In this document: in pieces, positions 1-12,907 of the stretch | How the letters are laid out: each line of letters opens with the position of its first letter | Numbering within the stretch: the stretch's first letter is position 1 | NCBI RefSeq assembly: GCF_006345805.1 | Contig: NC_043009.1 | Span: forward strand, 52,824,001-52,888,000 | Direction of reading: 5' to 3' | Length of the DNA stretch: 64,000 bases | Source: Octopus sinensis | Taxonomy: Eukaryota | The notes under the pieces: generated by a model | What the model saw: only the letters and a program-made list of their open reading frames with translations | Databases searched by the model: none | Told to the model about the DNA's origin: nothing | Made by a program: the position numbers and the translations under genes

Positions 1-51
1 TGGGGGTGAAGTCATGATTGGAATGCTTTGGTCATCGATCTGCTGCATGCA

Positions 52-368
52 ATCATCATCATCATTGTTCGACCGTGGTCGAGACTTTCATAGTCTTTTC
101 AAATGGCTAATAATGTGTGCACGCGCCACTACTACACACATTGGAAAGCATTGTACAACCAAGTACTAAAGAAGATCTTTCCTCCTCCATGAAACAAAGC
201 TGTTCCCGCTGGACGTCAACCCAGTATTTCTAAGCTACGGACCGAGTGATTTATTGTAAGGTTATCTCCCTAGATAGATTGCCTTCACTACGGCTAAGGA
301 GCCCTTTCTACCCCATGCAAACTGGCACAGGGCTAAACAAAAACAATCTCTGCTTCATCATGGGTTTT
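52..368 (-). mobile_element. Short non-coding insertion ending in the family B tail
   Basis: 52-85 is the exact reverse complement of 52598-52628 (plus tail); the rest is unrelated; it appears to interrupt another repeat (1-43 resumes at ~369). Confidence 0.55.
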
Positions 369-445
369 GTTCAATCAGGGCTGACCCGAGATTCAGTAAA
401 CAACAACAACAACAACAAAAATAGAGGTAAGTGGCATATGGTCAC

Positions 446-643
446 CTTGTAATTTGCCACAGTAGCTGGTTTGTAAGGATGGTCACTTTCAATGAGACAA
501 TAATGCTGATTGGTACCACAGGTGTCAGATTCTGATAACATTCCATCTTGATGGCCAGCGTAGGATGTGAGCACATTCTGGCTGTTTAAGGCTACGACTG
601 CAGGTAACACATCATGGATCAGTCCTAATATCTGTACAGCACC
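446..643 (-). CDS. MYCBP2: MYCBP2 exon w35 (198 nt, 0-0)
   Basis: [22 protein letters not shown]...[20 protein letters not shown]; donor gtgacc. Confidence 0.93.
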
Positions 644-3600
644 CTGTCAATGGAGAGAGAGAGAGAGATATATAGATAGGTAAATGGTAAAATGATGATA
701 GTGGAGGGAGAGGGAATAAAAGGAGGAGGGAAGAAGTGACGGAGAACAACAGAGGAAGAGTGATAGGCAGAGTATGTGAGAGAGAGATAGAGAGACAGAG
801 ATGGGGTGGGAGACAGTGACAGGCAGAGTGTAACAGAGAGCAACATAGAGAGAGCAACAAAGAGAGAGAGGGCAACAAAGAGAGAGAGAGAGAGAGAGAG
901 CAACAGAGAGAGAGAGGGAGAGAGCAACAGAGAGAGAGAGAAAGAGAAAGAGAGAGCAACAGAGAGAGAGAGAGAGAAAGCAATAGAGAGAAAGAGAGAG
1001 CAACAGAGAGAGAGCAACAGAGAGAGAGGGAGCAACAGAGAGAGAGAGAGCAACAGAGAGAGAGAGAGCAACAGAGAGAGAGAGAGCAACAGAGAGAGAG
1101 AGAGCAACAGAGAGAGGGAGAGAGCAACAGAGAGAGAGAGAAAGAGAAAGAGAGAGCAACAGAGAGAGAGAGAGAGAGAAAGCAATAGAGAGAAAGAGAG
1201 AGCAACAGAGAGAGAGAGAGAGAGAGCAACATGTGGAATGACAGACAGAGAGCAACAGAGAGTGAGAGACAGAGAGTGAAAGAGTGAGAGGAGAAGGAGA
1301 AAGAGACAAAGAAAGATAGCAATAGCAATAGAGAAAGAGAAACAGTTAAAGAAGGGAACTGGAAAAAGCAGTAGAGAAAGAAAACAAAAGATGAAGTGAT
1401 CAGTAGGTGGATTTGAAAGAGACAGAAATACTTGGAATGTATTGAGCTTACCCTTGGGTCTTGCGTGGCAACAGGTCCAATGTAGGCCAATACCAAAGGT
1501 AACAATGATGAAAACATTGGAGATTCACCCAAAATTTCTTTCGCTTCTTCAGCTACAAGAAAAACAAAAGACATACTGAATAGAGAAAGAGGAAGAACTA
1601 CAAATGGACAGTCCAAATTATACAATGAAGATGTATCTACAAATTCACATGACATGGTAAATATAGCAGCCAAATCTGACTCGAATCACACTCTGCCTTC
1701 TTAGAAAAGAACACCTCGGGCAATGAAGTAAAATATGTTCCACAAAAACTAGATTTTTCAAAATTTGTTTCATTTCAAGAGCCATTCCTAAAATCTTAAA
1801 ACTTGGCACACTCATTTATTCCATTTTTATGACTGTGTATAGACTTAATGATTGCCCAGAGATTGACACAGGCCTCCTCCACTATAAACTGTGCAAGTTT
1901 TGTGTTTCACTTCAAACTTTACAAGAGCAAACAACTGGTAGTATCCTTGACAGAACTGTATTCCTATACAATATTACTTATTTCTTTATTGCCCACAAGG
2001 GGCTAAACATAGAGTGGACAAACAAGGACAGACTTGTTTGTCCACTCTATGTTTAAGATTAAGTCGATTACATTGACCCCAGTGCGTAACTGGTACTTAA
2101 TTTATTGATCCCGAAAAGATGAAAGACAAAGTTGACCTCGGCAGAATTTGAATTCAAAACGTAACGGCAGATGAAATACCTATTTCTTTACTACCCACAA
2201 GGGGATAAACAAGGACAGACAAACGGATTAAGTTGATTAAATCGACCCCAGTGCGTAATTGGTGCTTAATTTATCAACCCCGAAAGGATGAAAAGCAAAG
2301 TCGACCTCGGCGGAATTTGAACTCAGAACGTAGTGGCAGACGAAATGTGGCTACGCATTTTGCCAGGCCTGCTAATGTTTCTGCCAGCTCGCCGCCTTCT
2401 TCCTATACAATATTACTGCTACTGCATCAGATACTTCAAAGGAGACCCCCATCATCTAGTATTATTAAGGGACTCTCTCAACCCCATTAAAAACTTCAAA
2501 GATGATACCATCACACAAAATTATCAACACCATTATCACAGTAAGCATGACTAATTTTAGAGAGAGACTCTAAAATTAAGTCAAGTCATTTAATCTCCTA
2601 GAAAAAACAGCAAAACCTCTGACTAGACCAAAATGTCTTAAACAAGGAAGGGCAGTGGGAAAATGATGGAGGATGATTGGAATAACTTTCTGATTAAATT
2701 TGAGCTGAAGCTATCATAGTTGAGTTCAACAACACAAGGTCATCACAAGATAAAATATCAATAAGTATAAACAACAATAGTGCAAATGTAGCTGTAGGCA
2801 TGACAACAGTGCACACTTTTATGACAACAGTGCAGATGTGACCCAAACAATTCCACGCATGTAACCATGACATAAATGCGCATGCCACAAAAATTGCACA
2901 TACTTTTGACAACAGTGAACATGTAACACATGTAGGCATGTCAAGGTACATGTGGCCACACCAATAGAGCACATGTAGCTATAGCAACAGGATGCATGTG
3001 GCCAGAACAGGCAACATGTATCCACAACAACAGACCACATGTAGCCATGTCAATATACATGTGGCTATGATAAGGTATACACAACAGCCATGTTGTCATG
3101 ATAACAGAGCACATGTAGCAATGATAGCAGCAAACAATCAGGCAGTAACATCTGTTGTTGGTAGGAAGAAAAAAGAAAAGAAAAGTACATGTGTGTTAGG
3201 GAAACTTACATGAAATTCCTCGAGCTCTATGAAGAATATCAATGGCTGACCGACAGATAGCATTGGTAATCCCTATAGCATCCTTCCGAGCCTGCATCTC
3301 GGCAAGGACTTTTGATTGATGTTGCTGGAATTCACCATCTTGAGAAGCACTGAAAACAACAACCAGAGTGAACATAGGTTACAGGTAGGGGAAAAGAATT
3401 GTCATTATTTTTATTTTTATGAATTTGTTTTGTAAGATTCTTGATGTGAAATCCTGTGTTGAAACAAATATTGATATATTTCAGGATGGTTGTATTTCTT
3501 TTTTTTTTTGCCAAATAAAAACACATATTATATAGCCATTCTTCACTTGTTTACTATTGTTATTATTTCATGTTCATTGCCTGAAAATCTTTCCTCACAC

Positions 3601-5482
3601 ACCTGTGACCTCTTCAGTAACTTTCCATCCTACGTGTCTCCATCTGAGAACAGAAGACATACGGGATAGGAAGTTGAAGAGGTCACAGGTGTGTGACAAA
3701 AGATTTCCAGACAAGGGACATAAAATAAGAACAGCAATAAACAAGGGAAGAGCGAATGTATAATGCATGTTTATTTGGCAAGAAAAAAGATCTTTGTAAA
3801 TCTTTACAATCAGAGGTTAAGAAAAAATAAAAGTTTTAAAAAAAGAGGAAAAGCAAAGTAAAAAAACTAACCTATAATAGACGATTTGAGGCAACTGTCC
3901 ACGCATGTGGTTAGTACCATTACTGCTGAGGGAACAGGATGTAAATGTGAAGGTGGTACCATCAGGACATTTCACTCGGCTTAAACCTCCATCGCCATTC
4001 AGGGTACGTGGACCATGGTTCCTTAAAAGGACAGCATACTTGACCCCTTCCTGGGTAGTAAAGAAAGAAGAAACAAACAAATGTTAGAGTCCTTTTTGTT
4101 GGACTAGGCACTACAGAGCAGAAGGACTTGGTACAAGGGAACAGAAGGACTTGGTACTATAGAGCAAATGGACCGGGTACTACAGAACAAATGAACTGGG
4201 TACTATAGAAGAGATGGACGAGGTACTGTAGAGCAGAGGGATTGGGTACTGTAGAGCAGAGGGATTGGGTACTGTAGAGCAGAGGGATTGGGAACTCTAG
4301 AGCAGATGGCATGCTTACTATGGAGCAGATGGACTGGTTATTGCAGGGCATTTGGACCAGGAACTATTGAGCAGATGGATCAGGTACTATAGATCAGATA
4401 GATCAGGTACTATAGAGGAGATGGACAGGTACAATAAAGCAAATGGAGGGGGTACAGATGGACCAGTAACAGAAGATGAGTTACTCAGATTGTGTTACTG
4501 TAACAGCCTCTACTCCTATTCTGCACCTCAGTGACTGGTAAATTGTTTCTTTTATATGCATGTTGTCATCATCATTTAACATCCGTTGTCCTTGCGGATG
4601 TATTTATTTATTTATTTCACATCATATTTAGTGAACCTTAGCATCGATGGTTGCGAGTTTCTAACAGGCCAATCTATGGTTCACTGAATCTCTGATGGTG
4701 ACGGTGACAAAGCAGTGTCTATGCAACTGAGAGAGAATAAATATCATACAAAATATTTTTATTCAATAACACTACTTTCTTTTAATTTTTTTCTTACCAA
4801 CATAAACATTAAGTAAAAGCTATAAACATGAATAGACTCACACACACATACACAAATATATTTATAGTGGCTTCAGCTGTCAATATGGCAATTTCTGTAA
4901 TGAGGTTGTCGCATTAGTAAGCTGGTAGTTTGTTTTATTTTATGCAGCTGCAATTTGCTCCCAAATAAACCAAGCATACTATTTTGATTTAGGTAACATG
5001 TTTATTTACAGATCAGAAAAAAAAAAAAAGGATCAAAGGTTCTTCCCGAACCATAGGCTTATAAGGCCAGTTTCCCAGATTCTGTGTTATATATATTTCT
5101 TACTGGACAGGACACCAGACCAGTGCAGGATTACTAATTTTTGCCAGGTGAGCTGGACTGCAGCAATATGAAATGATGTATTTGTTCAGAAACACAATGC
5201 ATTGCTTGGTGCAGGAATCAAAAGCACAATCTTACCGTTGTGTGTGCAACACCATGACTACTAAAACCACACATCTCCATTTATTTACAGACAGATGCTA
5301 CAATTGTTATTTTACATTGGCTGTTACACAGAGTGCCAGTAGCTAGCATGTGAAAAGAGAAAATATGTTTGTGCTTGGCAAGATAACAAAATGTTAAGTT
5401 TCAGAGCTTGGCGAGAAATGATCTTTGTTACATAAGGTCAGAGTGGCATAGATACCAGCAAGCCCAGAAAACTTCTTGAAGT

Positions 5483-5562
<80 letters not shown>

Positions 5563-8500
5563 GCTTTGTATTTCCTGTGCATCTTAATTTATAACCATGA
5601 TTTAGCATGAAACTGCATGAAATTTTCCATGCGATCATGCCACCATACAAATTCACCAGAACAATGACAGGCTGAAATATAGGCTAAAATCACCAGAGAT
5701 ATTGTGGACTTCATCTGTAAATGATCTCACAAGATTTCAGATATGAAGTCTTCTCTCTTGTATGTTACATCTGATTCCTCTCATGACTAACTTCTCTTTC
5801 AACACATTTGCACTTTGTCATACATGCACACTGATATTGCACATCCATCAGAGCATACAATCTTCAATTGTCTTCAATCTCTGCCTGCCTTCTGCATTTA
5901 TGGCCCACGTTTCACTACTATGGAGCATAAACATTTTTACATAAGCATCATGCAATCTGTTTTTTCTATCTGAGAGGAAGGAAAGAACAGACAGACAGGG
6001 GGAGAGTAAGAAGCAAAATGAGACAGAGAAAGAAAGAGAGAATGAAAAAGAGGGACAAACAGAAAAGGCAAATGCAAAAAAAAAAAAGACGAAAGGAAAG
6101 AAAGAATTAAGGGCTGTCTCACCTTGATTGGTACAGGACGGTCAAACTTTATCTCAGCAATGTCATTAACACAATCATCAGGGCCATATGAACCCTTGAC
6201 AATCTCGATACTATTCCATCGACTGGTATGTGACTGACTTGGATCACTATGACCTTCACTTTGCTACATATAAAAAAGACAACAACAACAACAACGATAA
6301 CAAAGGTTTTTTTTTATAACAGAGCCACGATGACTCAAATTTGGAGCAGGGAAGGGATGATGATGTAGTCAAATAAATTAACCCCAAAACGGACCTCTGT
6401 GGGACATGAACTCAGGACATAAAGGGCTGTAACTAAATATCCCAAGGCATTTTGTTTGATGTTCTAATTATGCAGCAAATCCACTGACCCTTAATAACAA
6501 TAATAATTTAATTACAATATTATTATTGATATTAGTTATAATTTAATAACAGTATTATCATTATTAGTATTAATAATAATAAGGCAACAAGCTGTTTCAT
6601 ATAAACAAAACTAATAATAATAATAATGATGATAATAATAATTTGCATAATAATAATAATAATTTGCATAATAATAATAATAATAATAATAATAATTTAT
6701 AATAATAATAATAATAATAATAATAATTTGTTCGAAGTTTGGCACAAGTCCAGCAACTTAGAGGGAAGTAGTTAGTTGATATCATTAACCCAGAACTAAA
6801 CGTTGTCAGCAATCTAATTTGGTGCTACCAAACAAATAACTACAGGAATAGGTCAATGAAGGTGAAGTCTTTCCAGGGTTGCCCAAACTGTTAAAAATAG
6901 CAGTCAATTTTTCTCTAACCATGTCCTACTGTCTGGGTAAATAAACAAGAAATTCACTGCACTGGCTACTGTTGTCTAAGATATACTATGCCAGAAGAAA
7001 AGATGTTATAATCAAAGTCAGAATGAACTCCGATGGTAAGCTACTCTATCAGAACCATTCTTGGGCTAAACAAGAACATAACACTGAAGGAGTCTCTATG
7101 CGTTTGCAATGCTTGCAAGAAATAGTAGTTAAACTTACTTCAATCAAACAGTTCTATGACCATGTATCTAAATAACATAAGACTACTCAACCAGATCTGG
7201 CCCGGGGGTTAAACAACAACAACAACAAATATACAAAAGAAAGGAACTTACATCATCCAAGAGCTCCAACTCGTATTCGTACTGGCCGCCAACTACACTT
7301 CCTCCATAGACGTAGACGCCAGCAATTAGGATGCCCGGCCTGTCAACACTGAACGCCACAGCATCAGGACTTCCATTGCCTGTGTTCCAATATGCTCCAT
7401 GGATGGTTCGAGTGAAACGGTTAGGAGTGACCAACAAAGGCCTAGAGGTACTGGCCAGATCGAGCTGCCAAAGAGAAAAATATTTCATTTACATTCCATT
7501 CTCTGTTTTATATACGAGTGTCATACACACAGGCATGGCTATAGGCGATGTCTTTGCCTATAGCTCTGTGCTAATCACAGCTAAAAATAGCAGCAAAAAA
7601 TTCACATCCTACTGACATTAAATAATGAGGTACTAAGTGCATCATGCCTTGGTCACGGTTGGATGGTCACATTTGAAATGATGTTGCTTGATGATGCTTA
7701 TCCGAGTCAGACACCACCATATCACACACCACATATGCAGGTATACACACACACACAAACAAACACCAGAGTACTTATAGTTTAGTTACCTGAGAATGCC
7801 GCAATTGTCATACACAACTGTCTTACCAACACCCATGCATGCATGAACAAACACGTGCACACACATACACACACACACAAACAAACAGTAGAGTTCTTAT
7901 AGTTTAATTACCTGAGATTGACTGCTACAACACACATCACATTCAGACACACACGCACACACACACACATACACACACAAATAGTAATTATAGTCTACTT
8001 ACCTCAGATCCAGTGGCTGACGCTGCCAGCTCACTAATCAGACATGACAGCAAGGCACAAGTGTTCGTCACCAATATCTGGGGGTAACTGGCTGGCTCCT
8101 TGTTAAGGGCCTGGCGTATCGGCACGGTTGCTATCAGCAGTAGTCTGTCGAGGACCTCCTTAAACGACGTGTGGCCACTGCCAATACCTTCCACCTCTGT
8201 GCGATAGGTCATGTGATCGACTAGGATCGGAAATCTGTGTGACTCGGCCAGGCGTGCTGCGCTGTTGGTGTTGTCATCAATGCTAATGGACTGTCGACGG
8301 AGTATCTCTTCAGTTTCTGGCTCGCAATTGATGGGCATAATATTGGTCAGTTTGATGGTTGGGTGAGTGAGGGCCTCCATAATTGCAGCCAGAAGACGAC
8401 CATACCCATCCATGTTGCTCATTCCCTGAGAAAACAAGTGACAGACAGACAGACAATGAAAAAGGAAGAAGCAAACAGATGTAGTGGATGTGAGTGTGTC

Positions 8501-10711
8501 TGTATGTGTCTGTATATGTTGTGTGTATAGCATGATGTGATATATGTGAATGTACAATGTGTACTGTGCATGTCAGTATTGTGTGTGCCACAAATGGCTC
8601 GCTATCTCCAGTGACCTCGCACAGGACCATTGAGCGTGGGCCGTCATGGTTTGTGATGCCGTCAAGACCAGAGAAGAAGCCGACTCAACCCGCCCCGGGT
8701 GAACGCCGTCACAAGTACAAGTAAGTAAGTGTATGCATGCATTGTGTGTGTATGCATGCAAGTGCTGTGTATATATACAACCAATGTGTACATTATGTAT
8801 TACATACATAACCTGTATATGTGCATGTATAGCATATATTGCATGTATAGCATATATTGCATGTATTATATGTTTGTATTGTTGTGTGTGTATTGTCTAT
8901 GCATTTATATTGACTACATCTATGTAGGTACACAGTCTGTGTATTTCATCTGGTCTGTGCACATATCATGTATATATGAGTAACATGCATGTCCAGTGCA
9001 CTCTATTTAAATCACCAGCTGCAATGGTTTGACAATGTCCAAAGAACATTGTAACACCAACTGTTGAAGATGCTTATGGAGAAATGCATAAAGGTGTGAG
9101 AGAAGCAGATCTATAATGAGAACAGTGATCAGCATTACTGCATTTTCAGCAACATGGTCAGCAATCCACCAAGTGACCACTAACTTCAGTATTTTGTCCA
9201 AGAAGAGAATTTTTGACTACTGTACCACCACCAGCAGTAAACAATATAAATGCGCCCTTTTAAAGCCTAGCCAGGCTCATGTGCCTGGTTTCCTGGTTTC
9301 AACGGCGTACATGTTCCCCAGCTGGACGGGACGCCAGCCCATCGCAGCGTTACTCATTATTGCCACCTGAGTGAACTGGAGCAACGTGAAATGAAGTGTT
9401 TTGCTCAAGAATACAACGCGTTGCTTGTTCCAGGAATTGAAACCACAATCTTACGACCAGGATGCTGACACCCTAACCACTAAGCCACGTGCCTCCACAG
9501 CAGCAATACATAGCTCATTATATTGGCCAATACTTTGACCACTGTGTGCTTGTGCTCAGGAAGTTCATCACTAAGTTACATTCTTAAAACAAAATATTAC
9601 AACAACACGGCACAGCACACCCAGCTGAGTCACAGAACTCACAGAATTTAATCACTGACACTATCCACACTATGCCACAGAACTTGTAGACTTGATTCTC
9701 AACTGCCACCTGCCCTAGATCAAAGAACTAACAGACTTTAATCAATAGCATAACTGCCCTATAGTACAGATCATAACAGCCTATAGTACAGGCTTCCATC
9801 ACCAGTGTCCCACATCCTGTATCACAGAATAACCAGAATTCAATCTCTAACACCACCACCCTTCATTCTCACAAGTACCACCCACTTTCACTAAGTGCTC
9901 ACTCCAAAACCCAGTGACCAATGGGGTCAACAACCTCAACTAAGAGCTAATAAGAGAGCCTTGCCTATCTATATCTGGTCCCTTCACTGACCAAAAATAG
10001 CAACATTCAAATCATCTAAAGAAGAGACTGATTCATTGGTTAACACTGTCCTCAACATAGCGAGTCTAAAAATTAAGTGACTTAGCTATGGTTAGAATGC
10101 CTTTGATTGTAGATAATGATTAACTTGGGGTTAAGTAACAACGTCAAAAGCAATAGCCACTATTTGTTCTCCCATAACCCTTTCTAAACATCGGGCACAG
10201 TCAAGGTTGTGAGGTGCAAGCATGACTGTGTAAGAAATTTTCTTCACAGTGATATGGTTTGGGGTTCAGTTCCACTGCACAGCACCTTATGTATTTGTGT
10301 GTGTGTGTGTACACACACATATATAAAAGTGTATAAGTATTACACGCTAGAAAAGCAACCAAACCCAAACCACTAAAAAAAGTAATTCCAAAAAGAATGA
10401 AAACAAAAATTATTTCTAGTTAATCCCAAACTCGAGTTTGGGATCAAATACAAATAATATATTAATATAATATATTAACTATAAATAATTTTGGTTTACA
10501 TTTTCTTTGGAATTACTTTTTTCGTGGTTTGGATTTGGCTGCCCCTGCTATCATGTAAGGCATCATGTCAAAAGTTACCTCTCTGTGTATAAATACCGAT
10601 ATATACTTTAAAATATGAAAATATGTTGTCTATTGACTTTTATTATGCATGCTAGCCACCAGTATGTAAAATTCTTCTAAATTTTCTACCCTTATAATTT
10701 TCACATTATAT

Positions 10712-10745
<34 letters not shown>

Positions 10746-12855
10746 GCATGTATACAGGGTTAGCCAAAAGTAACCCAACAGTAAATGAAAACCATTTAAT
10801 TACGCGAGTAAAACAAAAAATTATTTTATATGAGACTTTGCTAATAAATAGACAAAGAATTCAATTATTAAACATTCATAATTGAAATGAATAAATAAAA
10901 TTAAATATTAAGTATTTATGGAATTTTGATTTAGGGTTGTGTGTATGTGTATCTATATATTTATATATAATCATCATCGTTTAACATCCATCTTCCATGC
11001 ATGCACAGGTAGGACAGTTCTTTCAACTTCCATGTACCAAATCCAATTCCAAGGCTTTGGTTGGTCTGGCGCTACAGTAGAAGATACTTATCAAAGGTGT
11101 CATGCAGTGGGACTGAATCTGGAACCAGGTATTTGGGAAGAAAACTTCTTGCCATGCCTAGAGCATATGTTTGTATGTGTGAAAGTGTACATGTGTGTTC
11201 CTGCATGCATGCAATTAGATATAAATGTTAATATTCCATGTTTGCCATTGCTTGAGTAAAATGGTGATGATGTAGACATTACTTCTTGGCATTATGCCCA
11301 GTCATTGTGAGCTTTCACAGACTTCTGCAATAAAAAACAAAACCTTCCGTTGCGTCTGGGGAGAGTCATTTTCTTTTTGTGCCTTATGATTTAACACACA
11401 CACACCAGTAAAATTTCCACTTATTTCTTATTTTTATTTTCCTAAAATTTTCGTTGCGTCTTGCAACCTTTTCAATAGTCTTGACTCTTGACTATTGAAA
11501 AGGTTGCAAGATGCAAAGAAAATTTTAAGAAATTAAAAATAAGAAATAAGTGGAAATTTTACTGGTGAGTGTGTTAAATCATAAGGCACAAAAACAAAAT
11601 GACTCTGCCCAGACACAACAGAATATGCTTCAACACACGAACTCATATAAAGCATCTTGCAAACCAAATCCAAAAACGGAAAAAACAAAATGTTCCTTGC
11701 TTGAAAAATAGGTATGGGTTAACAATAGAAAGAGCATCCAGCCATAAAACCTTGCTTCAAAGGAGTCATCAAACTGATGCCATGATGGAAAAACAGAAGT
11801 TAAACAAATGAATAAACAAACAAAAACGAAATCACTCACCGGTTCCAACATAACCAGCAGATCACATAAACACAGCCATTTCAGGTTAGCAGTTGGATAA
11901 AAGGCATGGAAACATCCGGTAAAAGTGTCATGGCATGCAGACAGGATTTCTTCGGCCATCTGCCGAAATTCGGGACTTGTTGGTGGGTTGGAGAGTGAAA
12001 GCCTAACTTTCGAAGGACGGACCTCTTCAGCAAGAATCTTGCGAAGCAAATCTCTGGAGTTGCCAACACCTTCAGCCAATTTCATGGTTTCTGGTATGGT
12101 TTTTTTGCTGACAGCTAAAATCAAATGAGAAAAAGTTTAAAAGCAATCAGTAAGAATTTTTGTTTTTTTTGTTTTAAAATCTTCAAAGTATTTTAACAAT
12201 CATTCAACATCCATGTTCCAAGTTGGCATGGGTTGGACAAAATGGGTACATAATGGGCTTCTTTTTTTTTTTTTTGAGGGGTGGAGGCAATTAGATAAGG
12301 GTGCTTGATACAGGGTTGTTTTATTAGGGTAACGTAAGTGGGACTAAAACCTTTATTGGGTGTGGGGGGAGTAAAGGAGGAGCCAATGAAGAAGATATGG
12401 CTACATTAGAACAATCTCAATTGCCTCCAACTCAGGTATACAACAAATGGAAAATATTACAGCAGTAACAGTAGTAGTAACAGCAGCAGCAAGAGTAATG
12501 GTAATAGTGACAGCAGGTGCAAGAGTAATAGTAGCAGAGCAACAACAACAAGAGTAGTACAGGGTGGTCCAAAAGTCACTGTAAGACTGCAATCTTTCAT
12601 TATTTACATTATTTACATTTGACGGATATTTGTCCCCATCTTGTTTATTGTTAATGTTTCACCTGATATATCCTCCAGCCTTCATCAGGTGTCTTGGGAA
12701 AATTTCGAACCCGGGTTCTCATTCCTAAGGTATTTTTCGATATTATCATCATTATTATTATTCAGGTCACTCCCTGGAATCGAACTCAGAATCTTGGGGT
12801 TAAGAGTGGAGGGCTACTAACCCCAAGATTCCAAGTTCGATTCCAGACAGTGATA

Positions 12856-12907
<52 letters not shown>

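Noticed and set aside
612-1673. 353-aa and overlapping LS/RE-rich ORFs
   Set aside because: Read-through of exon w34 into the (GA)n repeat; only 1452-1552 is coding.
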